64,000 nucleotides of DNA from Ylistrum balloti (lineage: Eukaryota), in NCBI RefSeq assembly GCF_031769215.1, contig NW_026781872.1:186001-250000 (forward strand). Direction: 5' to 3'. The notes beneath the pieces are model-generated. The model made no database searches, was not told the DNA's origin, and saw only the letters and a program-made list of their open reading frames with translations. Positions 27,485 to 40,523 of this stretch are shown in pieces. Position 1 is the stretch's first letter. Every line of letters starts with the position of its first letter. The translations under genes and the position numbers were made by a program.

Positions 27485-28996
27485 AATCATTTTGTGAGCT
27501 TTTCTGAAATGTCAATCTCCTACTAAAACCGTTTTTTGTTTTGTTTTAAAAATCTCACAAACTGAGAATGAGTAATATGTTATTTGTATATATGCGAAAC
27601 TTCAAAGTGAAAATTGCATTATTTTATGTACTATGTTCGACACATGACAATTTTACGTGACAGCGAAATAACATCGAAATGACATGGTCAACAATATTTT
27701 AAACACTGCAGATGTCGAGTTGGTATCTCTTGGTAAATTGGAATTTGTCAACTTGCCCAGGAGGAGATGAGTGAGAGTATGTCACAACACTCACCGCAGT
27801 ATAAATTGGACAATCTATAAAAACGGACGTATTTTCAATATGGTATAGTGTGATCATATACTAAACACAGAAAGGGACATGCATACATGTACACACAACA
27901 ATTACTATCAACGTCTTTTATATTTTGGGTTCTCTATCCATAAATACATCAATCAAATGTTTTCAATCTACTGTCATCCTCACATGATCGTACTGTTCAA
28001 CAAAAAGCGAACATGACCTTTCTACATATTATCTAAAAAGCGAAAAGAGCAGGTGAAAATGCACCTAAGAGTAAATACAATTACCGAAAGAAAGCATGAA
28101 ATAACAAAATCCGTTTTTTTTTTACATGAGATGTGTAATAAAGATAAGACCTATATTAGGATATACATTTAAACAGTTAGTAACGATATCTATATTTAGT
28201 TATTAATGAATGATTAGTATAAATGTATATAGCTATGGGGTGAGTGTCTGACAGGTGAAGAATGTTTTTAGCGATGTATTTTTAACTACTTCTTTAACTA
28301 GAATTTTAGATATATTTGTAAATTGTGTGAGTAAAAACATAGGTTGGTAAGACATGATATTTATATATTTTCATAAAGAACACAGTAACAACCGGTTAGA
28401 TTCGATAAATAAATTGACGCAATCATTTGTTAGATTTTTTAATTATGCTGTTTGATAGGGTAGAATATATCTGTTATATCATAACAGTTGTCAACAGAGT
28501 AATTGCCATTTTATTATGCCATATATGCACGCATGTGAGTGTTTGTGTGTAAGACTAATGTCTTGTACTTTTTTACGGTTTCTTTTTTTTGTTTTGAAAT
28601 AAAGATATAAGCACGAAAAGCATCTAATTAACGTGTCAGTTTTGTAACAAGCTGAACCCCGGTAACAAGTGCATGCTGTTTTCTCAAATTACAGGATGCA
28701 TTTCTATTTGCTTTGTCTTTAACGACTGCTTCTCCTGTCGAATCTTGCCCCATTGAAATTTTCTTGGAAAGACACACCCATTGTATATAGTGGATATAAC
28801 GAGAGGTGGATCCGCATGACATGCTATGCTACATTTTATTATTTCTCTTTCATAACATCATCGTCTAAAATGGTAAATTCTTTATCAATAAGCGCTAACG
28901 ATGTTACCACTTTCCCCACTACTTTAATAGATTATACATTTCATTTTCGACTACATTTCACAATAAATTTGCATTGAAATGCTAAATTTCAGTATT

Positions 28997-28997
<1 letters not shown>

Positions 28998-29055
<58 letters not shown>
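28998..29055. repeat. Compound microsatellite (CA)~23(TA)~6
   Basis: Directly visible in the sequence. Confidence 0.97.
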
Positions 29056-30995
29056 ATCAAATCGGAATGATGTATCGAGATATCAGTTTGGTATTTCTGC
29101 GTTTTTTATTCAAAATTGTTGTCCATGAAACAGTGCATAGATAAATCAAGTAAGAAACACAATCTTAGATAGTACCTATCGTCTTGTCGAATAGTACTGT
29201 TTCTCGTATCTTACCCTGGTACGCGGTTGTTACCAGCCTGTATACTGCATAACACAGTCACCGTTCCTACCGATAGGTGAACCCTTATCACTACTCTGAA
29301 GTCTCAATCTTTACCAGTATATTAAACAAACTGATTTCCTTAAGCCTTATTAGATTATCGACAATAATACACAGCCATATGTGCGAGCAGTTGAAACTCG
29401 TGGTAGATAAGTTTTTGTTCACGTCATAGCACATGTCTGTGAGTAAGTCTCACAATAATTTTTTCTCTTTGTCATCGATTAAAAATGACACGACATAACA
29501 ACCCTGGAATTGCACATATCACTGATCATTAATTCTGCTGGTCACTTTATGAGCCCAGTTTAATGACAGATACTCGCGAAATGATAACGCCAACACAATT
29601 TTTCGAGTATCATTAATTCTCCAATCTTAGATTGAATTCCATAGCGACAGTAACAAATAAACATGTCAAAAACAGGCATCATCCTATAATATCACTTCGA
29701 CATTACAGAGCTTTTTTTGGCAATAATACTCACATCGCTGAAAATACATTCATCTCACAGAATTTGAAAGACCACGAACAATAAAAGTTGAAGTGTAGTG
29801 GCAAATTTACTGTGAATTCCATTGTTAACGGTAGAATTGAATCATAATTTGATATCAAACATAAACACTAATATCATAAAGACAAAAGTATCATAATATG
29901 CTTAAATGCATCGAAAACATCCGACTAAACTGCTGCCACTGATTCTGTAGACAATGTGACGTCGGTGAAATATTGATATTGTATCTGTGTACATTTCTTA
30001 ATCAATACACTAATGAGCCGTGCACTTGTGAGCAACATAAACTTCAATTAAACTTTTGCTTTAAACATTTTGTAGTTGGTGTTCCTTCATTATGCTCTTG
30101 GGTGTGCATTTTCGGATATCAGTTACGATTTACATTCGTTTATCATGATTTAAGTTGTTCTCAAAGACTCCCTGCTCCTTCCATTTTCATCCATAGTTTC
30201 ACAAGATAAACTTGTCAATATATGAGTTCGAGGTGGAAAGTACACAAAACGTTAGGTTTTTTTCTGATAATTGACGATTGCTTCTAACCCTCGGTGGAGT
30301 CGCTCAGATGATGTGTATTTTTCCCGACAAGAGGTTGTTTTATGTAACACAGATACCTGGTCTGTAATATAACACGAGTACGCATCGTCAGGTTTTATTC
30401 AGTTAACTAGGACACATTTAACATATAGACAACGCTCTATCAGGGTGGAAGGTATCATAATGATAACACGTGACTGTAGATAATATGTGACTGATTCAGC
30501 ATTGTTATGTTCTAAATGTTAACCTTTAACATAAAATTAATTCTTTTTAGGAATTCCCTGCATGAATTAGGTGAAACTCTGCTCGCATGTTTCCCTGTAT
30601 ATCTACGTAGTTAAAGGTGAGTTTCATGACTCACTGCTCGTACATACTTCTGGAGTAAGACATTTAAAGCATTGTGGATAGAGAGGATGCAAAACTTGAG
30701 CTGAAGTATTTGTTTGCATCATGTAAACTTCTGCCAGAGAAAGAAAAAAAAAGATAATATGTTAATAATTTTGATTTATAAGGAAGAGGAATTCGAGTTT
30801 AAGGAACTGAATATTTCGAAAATATTGGCAAAACGTGTGTTATCAACATACAAATATAGTGGATTGGAACATCTTAATAAAACATGATCTGGAATGTTTC
30901 TCACTGTATAACATTGTTGATGAAATATTGAAATGTATTGGTTGTATTTGATTTTCAGAATTCTATCAACATCTAAACAAGAAAACCAAATTACA

Positions 30996-33900
30996 ATGGA
31001 GATCCTACAGACCGAAGATAGAGGTGGCGAAGTGATAATAGATAAATATTATGACGGAATTCGGTTTCCTGCAAACATCCCTGGGAATGTGAAAGACCAG
31101 TTGGTGTCAGTAAAGAACCTGAAACACACGAAAGGTGATGTCTTTCTCGACACCTTCCCTAAAACAGGTATGATATAGAAAATAAATGCTTTGGCACGTT
31201 TAGAATGTAATATTGGTATCTTATGTAGCGGTCCGTTCACGTTATTTCAACGCTATTATTATATATTATATCATTACTAACAATAATTGGAATATCTAAA
31301 GCTTTTATTTTTTAAATTTGTTTTTTGTTCGTTATTATACACGTGTGTATAAGATGCATTCCCTAAGTATTGTGGCATTTTCTCGTCAAAGTTATGTTCT
31401 TGTTATCATGATTGGTCGAAATATTGTGATAATGAAATAAATTTATAATGATAATATACTACTTAGTGCAGATATCTGCTGTAGAGAAGGATAATACACA
31501 TCTTATTCGTACTGCACTAACACGATCATTTCACGAACGCAGTGTTTGTACATCATTTCAGAAATCTGACTTTTTTCGTAAAGGATGCAGTCACGGAAAA
31601 GCGGATTAAAGATGTGATATAGCCAGCAACAAATGAACGATATGATGGTTCAGAAATGTTGCGGTAGTTCTAAAACAAACTATGTGATCGTTCAGAAATG
31701 ATGCTATGGTTTCGAGATAACGTAATGGTTCAGAAATGATGTGATCGTTAAGAGGAAATGTGATGATTACGTGAGGAATTATCATGTGTACAGTGTTTTT
31801 AAACATGAATATAACTGACTGAATTATACAGATGTTATATATCGTATACATATATTTACATTTTGTTTTTTATTTTAAAGTAAATGCATCGTCGCCATTT
31901 TGTTTCATATTCCACATTTAGTACTATAACATATATTATATCATTACTTAGAAGTGAAAAGTTCCCAATATTGTAAACGATCCAAAAAGCGACATATACG
32001 AGATTTAAAATAAAAGCAACTAATATATATATATATATGGTGTATTTTTCAGGAACACATTGGGCATATGAAATTTTGTATATGTTACAAACTGGGAAAG
32101 CAGAATATAGTTCTGACCCCTTTATGTGCTTAGAATTCCAAGCAACTGACAGACTGGATGCCTTCGAAGGTCCTAGGGTTTTAAAGAGCCATTTATATCC
32201 GCAACACATTCCGAAGTTCGTGGAAGACGGGAAATGTAAAGTTGTTTACATCTATCGTAACCCAAAGGATACAGCGGTATCATTGTACTCTTTTATCAAG
32301 CGTGTTAACGTAAATGGCCTCAAAGGGTACAACGGCACATGGGAACATTTCTTCGAAATATTCGCCACAAAACCAAGTAAGTAAAGAATTATTACTCATA
32401 AATATAATGCGTCTGATATCAGTAAACAAGATCAAGTATTTTCATCGTTCGCATGCCTGTATCAATATTCTTGTTTGTTCAATACCTATTCATGTCCGTA
32501 GGTCTGTTTTTTAATTATCATATATCTTAAATCCAACAGAATAGAGGAAAGTTGATTGAGGGTTTTCTACTTACGTTTATAAACAATGATGACTGTACTT
32601 TTACAACTTTTCTTGAATCTAAAGTGCACTACAACAGCTGGTTTGAACACGTGAAAGCGTGGCTGGATTTTAAAAAGGAAAATGCAGAAATACCAATCCT
32701 GATGGTGTCATACGAGGACATGAAAAAGGTATTTTATTCCATAGTGTATTATAATATCATAGTTTCATGGAATGCATCTCTTATCACAGTAACGATCTCA
32801 ACAAGTAATGTCTTCCCGTATGGGGAGTTCCGTTTAGTTATAACACTTAACATTGCTAACGTGTCGCAGATGTCACGGATTGAGATAGTCCATAGGGATT
32901 AAATCTAACACAAATCTAAACATTGCTACCAGATATGGGCATAAGTAAAACACAACAAGTATATATGTATATGATTTATAAGAAAAATAGTAACATATTT
33001 ATGTTTAACGTTTTTACAGGACTTAAGGAGCTGTGTTAAAAAGATGGCAGAACATTTGGATGTGAAACGAAATCCAGAATTCCTTGATGAGGTAGCGAAT
33101 AAATGTCAGTTTAATGTCATGTCAAAGGCACAGAGGTCAAATGTCAAAGAAACGACGCTCAGCAAAGATGGTAGCAACCCATTCTATAGGAAAGGTAACG
33201 AATTAAGGAAATATTAGGGTATTTAACTATATCGATGTTCAGTGTTTTTATCGTTACATTTTGTTAATGGCAACTTTGACTGTAGATCAGACATATGTGG
33301 ATTTCTATAGATACAAAGTAACTATACAAATAGTACAATCTAGTACAAATTGACGATAAGAAACAGTACTGTGATGTAATACGGAATGGTCTTTATAATA
33401 ATAATAATAATATTTTACAAATAAGACATGACAAGTAAGAATTACTGAGTTATATTTCATCCCAGGACAATTCTATGTGTTATGTTTATACCATCTAATG
33501 AAGTAAACTAGATCATACAGGCCTTCATTTCGAGAACTTGTCAGTAAAGCTGTGGACATAAGTGTAAAAATTTATAATATGAGTAGTGAAAAGTGATTAA
33601 ATTTTATCAAAAAATATCCTAGTGCTTCCCCTGCTGGATTTCTATGAAAATCCTTTAAAACCATTTGATCAACTCCATATCTTTTATCTTGTTAGAGACG
33701 AATGAAGGTCATATATTATAGGCTGTTATGGAAGTGTGACGATTGGATAATGTAGACTCTGATGCCGACACTTGTACTGGACAAAGTCAAAATTTCCATT
33801 TCTACTTAACATGTATTTCTGATTCAAATATCCTATCATGAAACACAATACATTTTACCTGGCGTCCTTGTATTGGTTTAGATGATGAATTTATTTCGTA

Positions 33901-34160
33901 AGGTATATTTATAATAATTATGTATCCAATGAACGATGTGATGATTTAGAAATGATGCAAATATATCCAACAACGGGTTGGCTAGAATATCATTTCGGTG
34001 AAAAGTGTCGTAAGAAATTCACACGTTTATCATTTCCATTATTAAAGGTGGCGTTGGTGATTGGAAGAACTGGCTAACTGTGGCACAGAACGAGATGTAT
34101 GATGCAATGCTACAGGAAAAAATGGCTGACATTGATCTAGAAATCAAGTACACATTATGA
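30996..34160 (+). CDS. Cytosolic sulfotransferase copy 4 (divergent paralog), 295 aa
   Basis: Exons 30996-31167, 32053-32376, 32625-32728, 33020-33194 and 34048-34160. Exon lengths and phases are identical to copies 1-3, while the introns are unrelated by eye. Motifs FPKTGTHW, LKSHLY, YRNPKDTAVS, RKGGVGDWKNW. Confidence 0.95.
31625..31790. repeat. Short degenerate tandem repeat (tgatcgttcagaaatg-like units) in intron 1 of copy 4
   Basis: Recurring gttcagaaatg motif at ~20-45 bp spacing. Confidence 0.55.
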
Positions 34161-37100
34161 CTGATCATTAGTGCCATGTTTACTGAAATATCCACACACT
34201 AGTGTGATCGGTGTTTATATTTCATCGTCAAGTCATTAACTAGTAATACTTCAAAATTTGTAAAACGAATGTAAAAAGCACAATTCAGATTTAGATAAGA
34301 TACATAGTAGTCAAACGACTCGGGTGCATAAAAGATCAATCCTTATGAAAAAAAAAGAAAAAGATTGTTCTTTCTCGCGATCGGGGAAACTCTATAAGAA
34401 AACGTTAAGAAACGAAATGATGAAATCTTAGAAAGACACATTCAACACTTCTTTACAAATATCATACCCACTAAACATTCCATGCTATTTTAGGACTGCT
34501 TGGAAGGATCTACGGTCCTTAGAGCTGAAATGAAGTAATTCCCTTTCTTCATAGTAGAATGATACTGATATGACTTGTGTGGTTTTACATGAATGAAAAA
34601 TTCGACTCTATCACTAAGAAAACAATGTGACGGTCTTATTTGAGGACGTACTTTGCCGACTAGACAATCATTTCAGGATATATAAATCACAAACTGATTC
34701 AAGTTTTCGATAGGGAAATTTAACTAAATCTGACGATCGTTCAAAATTTCAAACTGAAAATCAAGGAAAAAAGTACAAATATTACAACAAAGATTATTTA
34801 CACTAAAAACCTAAAGTAACTCACAGTTCTGGAAGAATAAGGTCTGATTCAATAACGACAACCAGTGTACTTAATTCTTGGACAATGGATCAATGTCTGC
34901 TAACGAGAATCGAACACATCTTACTTTATATCGCGCATAGTATTTCCCTACCAGATTAGGTAAGAGACAACGATAATAAGTCTTTGCCATCTAACATCTC
35001 AACAACAGTTTTCTGTCCGAACTCGTGCCCGAGTTCTCAAAGTCAAGGGGCAGGTTATTATTTTGGGATATATCGCGATACTTGTCGCTTTCAGAGGATT
35101 TAGTACTGGTTAAGAATAACGATTTCAATACGTCATAACAGATAGTTATGTCCCCCAAACGAAGTAAGGACAATATTGTTTGTCTTCTTATCATAATAAT
35201 TATTATCACAGGTAATTTATCGAGGGGAAATGTGTTGGAAATAATCATGATATCTTTTCTACCAAAAACGTCCCAAAGACAGAACTTAGGGATACAGTAA
35301 ATGTGCATACTTACACTCACTGCTCAACTATCAAGGATCGTGTTGAAACATACATAAACATATGTCGATATTCAGTTCAAATTATTGTCGGTATACTCTG
35401 TTGCAATTGATTTTTATCAAATTCAACTCATCATCAGTAATTTAAAAGTATTTGATATAGATTCAACTTAATTCTACATAAGGTTTGTACAGTAGTGGTG
35501 ACGCACAATGCACCTAACACTTCGTGCGCATACCCTGCAGGTATCGTGCGCACGCACGCACGATTTAAATAATGATCACATGAACATTAAAATTGATCCG
35601 TGATTATAAAAGTATTTTTTTATAAATATCACTGAATCTGCATTATTTAGTCTTATCGTATACAGTTTCACAACTGGATGAACGTGGCTAGTAGTTACTT
35701 TGGTATTTTAGGAATAAAAAGGGAACACTAAATATTCCTAAAAAAAAAGTGCCTCCGACAACGAACGTTTACCTTATACAGGTATACACGTGACAAGTTC
35801 AAGTCCGTACGGCCGGGTCGCCCGTGAAACAAACACAACACGTTTACCTGAGCATATACTTTTTTGTTTACAAAATGTATGGGAGTAATACAGAATAATG
35901 AAAATAAATTTTCCTTTCTGAAGGTATGAGATTTTAAATGAGTCATTGCTGTGACACATGTACATTTAATGTTTACATTTATAATGTGTGTCTAGAATCG
36001 AACATCGTGCGCATAAATGTGCGATAGCTTATTTCGTCCAATTTTCCTGTGGAACTTCTCATGCAGACACCGTGAGCACACCACACACCTGTAACAAGGG
36101 AAATAACTCCAGACAGCTTGGTGTGAGTTTAAATAGTATATAGCAAGTTAGCCTTCCTCAACATCCCCGCGTTATTTTGTAGTGACTACGATCAATAAAA
36201 AAGCCAAAACAAAAAACAAAACATAAGTATCATTATTTAAATACCTATTTATTGATCATTATTATGAACTAACAGGTATTAAGTATCTATATAAGGCGTA
36301 CGTATTTAAAAAGCAGCTGTGTCTATCATTAGAGTTCACTGAAAATTTACAACAGAATTTACATGTAGGCTGCTTTTAGCCTATTTACTAATTATCAAAA
36401 CATTAGTACATTTTTATTTGTGGTTAACATAGTGAAAGCCTCCTTACAATCATGCGATGATTTTTTTCTCCTACAACGGTCTATTAAATCAGACTCGACA
36501 TCGATATTGGTTTAGTTTTATTTGTAACCATTTTTAGAACTGAGTGTTTCAGTGAATTTGCACAATATAGTTACCTATCCAAATCTATTTTACAACACAT
36601 ATAATGATGAGGTTAATATCTATTCACAGTGATTAATAGCGCATTCTTAATGAAACTCGTCGTCAGTAAATTAATATTATTCAATATACATGGAACGTTT
36701 AATAGATGTTTATAAAAGGAGGATAGCGCCAAACCAGCTTGAATTGGAATTTAAACCATGTAAACTTTGTACAATCTCCCCCGAGTGGTCAGATCGTTGA
36801 ATTTAGTCAACATATACTCGGATCAGTTGTTTTTATTTTCACTAGTGTAACTAACATGCAAATCAGATCAGGGGAATAATGATGTATATATTGTCACGAA
36901 CTTATGATGATGTGGTGTGGATGGTGTACGAGCATGCATGCGTGAGTGAATGCCGATATTTATTGTAGTATTTGTTCTCATGCCGTTGTCTAGGTAGGTG
37001 ATCTATTTTTTGCCACGTCACCTGTACAACCGGTCCGTGTATCTGTGTGTGACGAGTCGTCCTTTGTGGGTCGAAAGTGTGTGACGAGTGGACTTATATT

Positions 37101-37552
37101 GTGTTTTGTAATGGGTTTCAGAGTGTGTAAGTCAAGTGGCCACTGGTATGAAAGTTGACTTCGGGAGTAGTGTTCCTTTGTGTTAGTAGACAGAGCTTGG
37201 ACTCCCAAGAGTGCAGACGTGTTTACGACACTCTGATTTTATTGGCTTTGTCTCTTTCCCATGAGTTTATTTATCTGTTTGTACTCTATCGTCATGTACT
37301 TATGATAATTTTAAACATGCAGAATACAAATTTTTAATTATATCTGTATCCACGTGCCCTAGTCGTATTTGAAGTTGAAGTGAACCAAGTTCCACTACGC
37401 GTGCCCTAAATCTAAAAGTGACAATGCTATTTGTCACAATATAAATACTTACAAACATATATTCCGCTGGTGTTCGTTGATAACTATATTCCGATTTAGA
37501 ACGGTTACATGTCTCTTTGTTTAAAACTATACAGCTACGGCACCGGTATTTG

Positions 37553-37880
37553 ATCGACTGGTCGCTCCGTAATACATATATAGTTCACCTATAAATACTC
37601 TTGCATGTAAATTTCTACGCAAAGAAAAGTAGCCGATAAGTTTCTGGTGTTTCTAAGTAATGAACCGAAGTTCCTTGTTTAAAATCATACACACACGGCC
37701 CTTTATTTCATCGACTGGTCGCTTCGCAGTTCACAAATAGTTATCATTTAAATAATGCTGTGTGTAGCTTGATATGCAAAGAAAAAGTAGCCGATAAGGT
37801 GGTGGTGTTTTCAAGTAATGAACCACAATTCCTTGTTAAAAACTATTCAGTTAGGACTACCTGAATTTATCGACTGTTTA
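37553..37880. repeat. Two diverged ~158 bp tandem units
   Basis: atcgactg recurs at 37553, 37710 and 37869. The first two units share caaagaaaa(a)gtagccgataag..gtaatgaacc..ttccttgtt. Confidence 0.75.
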
Positions 37881-39386
37881 CAGGCCAGTGCTTAAGCAAC
37901 TAGGCATACATAACCAAGTGCCTAGCATGCTACTGAAAGTCAAGAACAAGTCACCATGAGGTCGAATGATCTAATTTGTCGATATAATCTTTGATTAGTT
38001 GTCTTAAAGAGACTACGGTCATTCTAAATAGATAAAAAATCAGATTATCTAACTACCTTGCGCCGTCGAGGAAATTTAACATGTTCGTATATAAGAGGCG
38101 TTGTGCAAGAGCTTTTTTGACCGGTCAACCCCGACTTTTGATTGGTAAAATCTGGACATGTCTTTGACGTCGTAGGTGTGGTGTTACCTGTACCTCGAAA
38201 ACTCGATTTCTATGAACATAGGTATGCCGTTGTGGTTTTACACAATTTGTTTGCCATTTTCACAATAAGGCCGCTACATAGCGGCTTCTTATTTGTTGAA
38301 ATTTAGATATCGTTCGATTTCCAAGAAAATTGGTGTATACATTATGTATGGCATTATCAACCACTTGAGTAAGTCCTTTTCTGATTAAACAAAATGGCCG
38401 GCGAGGAGAGTTTCGGATTGAATTTATTTTGAGGACGTATAAAACGGCCCTCGTTACAATGAATAACTCTAACCCTACTCTTACCCTAACTCGATTCAAT
38501 GCAGTCGTGCACCTGTCCGTCAGATGATTTCTGTGTGGTACAAAGAAGTGTTTACGCGCAATTCTAATATCCAGAAAAGTTATATCGACACGGGTTGCCC
38601 ACACAACTGATATAAAACCAAGACATATATATGAAACTAGAAACGGCGTCTGACTGACCAGTTCAAAATGAACACGACTGGAGACAAGCGTGTGGTTTGT
38701 TTTATTAGACGATAATAATGGGTCGTTAGTGCAATGTCGAGACACGGTTCAATGGCCTTCCTTTGTCATTCGTGTTACTAGATTATTGATAATTCTGTCT
38801 ACTAAACTCGGACTCAATTTGAAAAAAAGCAGATAAATATATATATATATAATAGTAATGATAATAAAAACACATGGAATAGCCAGCTGGTGATATGAAT
38901 ATTTATGTAGATAAGAGTGTATAGTTTAGGTCAATACAAACGAGTATGGATTAGCGAAAAACGTTCGCAATGTAAACATTTTTATCATAAGATCGATTCA
39001 TTGACATTTTATCTGCTTTTTTTAAAAACGTTTTAAATCGAAACACTAGTTGATAGAATCTTATATTAGTGAGTGAAATTGCTTTTGATACACATCGATA
39101 TGTTCAAATATTATAAAACCGTTGAACACGTGATTCCTATTTGTAGTCGTTACTGATAAAACCTACCATGGTATCACTTCAGTTTTATATCGGACAAAAA
39201 GAGAAAAAAATCAATATGGGTTGTGTTGGTAATTTCGTTGGCTATTCCATATACCCATAATACGTTCATATTCATTGCTCCCATTTCATGCTTTCTATTT
39301 CTGTCGGTCTGGATAGAATTCATTTGGGTCTGACCTGGATAAAGTTTCCTGTGCATTTGATTACAGAAAATCGTTCCTATGTACTG

Positions 39387-40523
39387 ATGTGGCGATTACT
39401 TGTGATACTTCTGTCTTTGACAGCAATGCCTAATGCTTCGAATAACAACGACGCCGAAACGTCTTTATCTACAACAACAGATATTGTCAATAACAGATTG
39501 CCAACTCGGCCAGACGACATTGGCAAGTCGCTGACAAACCCAAAAATCACCGTCAAAGACATGTCGATTATTACCGATCAAAATCTAGTTACTTCGCCAG
39601 AGGATTGCGATAATATTGTGACGATAAATCAAGGATTACTTGACCGCACATCAACAATTTCAACATCGGAAGGTGTAGACAGTGTAACAACAACAAACGT
39701 GGAGAATATTGATTTCACAACTAATTCAGACGGTGTTGATGATAAATTTACAACTGGCTCAGAAGGTATTGATAATGAAGTGACAACTAACTCAGACGGT
39801 GTTGATGATAAATTTACAACTGGCTCAGAAGGTATTGATAATGAAGTGACAACTAACACAGACGTTGATGATAAATTTACAACTGGCTCAGAAGGTATTG
39901 ATAATGAAGTGACCACTAACTCAGACGGTATTGATGATAAATTTACAACTGGCTCAGAAGGTATTGATAATGAAGTGACAACTAACTCAGACGGTATTGA
40001 TGATAAATTTACAACTGGCTCAGAAGGTATTGATAATGAAGTGACAACTAACTCAGACGGTGTTGATGATAAATTTACAACTGGCTCAGACGGTATTGAT
40101 AATGAAGTGGCAACTAACACAGACGTTGATGATAAATTTACAACTGGCTCAGAAGGTGATAATGAATAACTCGGTGTTGATGAGAATTTACAACTGGCTC
40201 AGAAGGTATTGATGATGAAGTGACAACTAACTCAGACGGTATTGATGATAAATTTACAACTGGCTCAGGAGCTATTGGTAATGAAGAGACAACTAACGCA
40301 GACGATATCGATAATATACTGAAAACTAACACAGAAAGTATTGATGAATCATTCACAACTATTGCATACGGTATTGATAATGAATCGACAACTAATCTAA
40401 ATAATCAAGACAATCACGTGATCACTATGCATAATAGTGTTGATGAAATAAGAACAACTACAGGAAATGTGTTAGAAAACGCCGTGGAGAGTGGATGTGG
40501 AGAGAATGTTGAAGACCATCCAA
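39387..40523 (+). CDS. Exon: signal peptide MWRLLVILLSLTAMPNAS plus Thr/Asp-rich repeat region
   Basis: Acceptor ttacag at 39366, ATG at 39387, donor A|GTAAGT at 40524. The frame breaks in a damaged repeat unit at ~40157-40190 (track ORFs 39288..40169 and 40220..40531). Confidence 0.72.

Noticed and set aside
35490-36030. hAT-like MITE bounded by gtgcgca-rich motifs
   Set aside because: I could not define matching terminal inverted repeats or a target-site duplication.
38463-38492. Interstitial telomeric repeat (taactctaaccctactcttaccctaact)
   Set aside because: Only about four degenerate hexamers. More likely part of a repeat relic; not supportable.
38260-38745. 161-aa minus-strand ORF as a gene
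   Set aside because: No motif, splice context or paralog support, and it has a non-ATG start in AT-rich sequence.
39629-40356. Minus-strand ORFs with SIPSEPVV repeats
   Set aside because: Antisense shadow of the plus-strand coding repeat.
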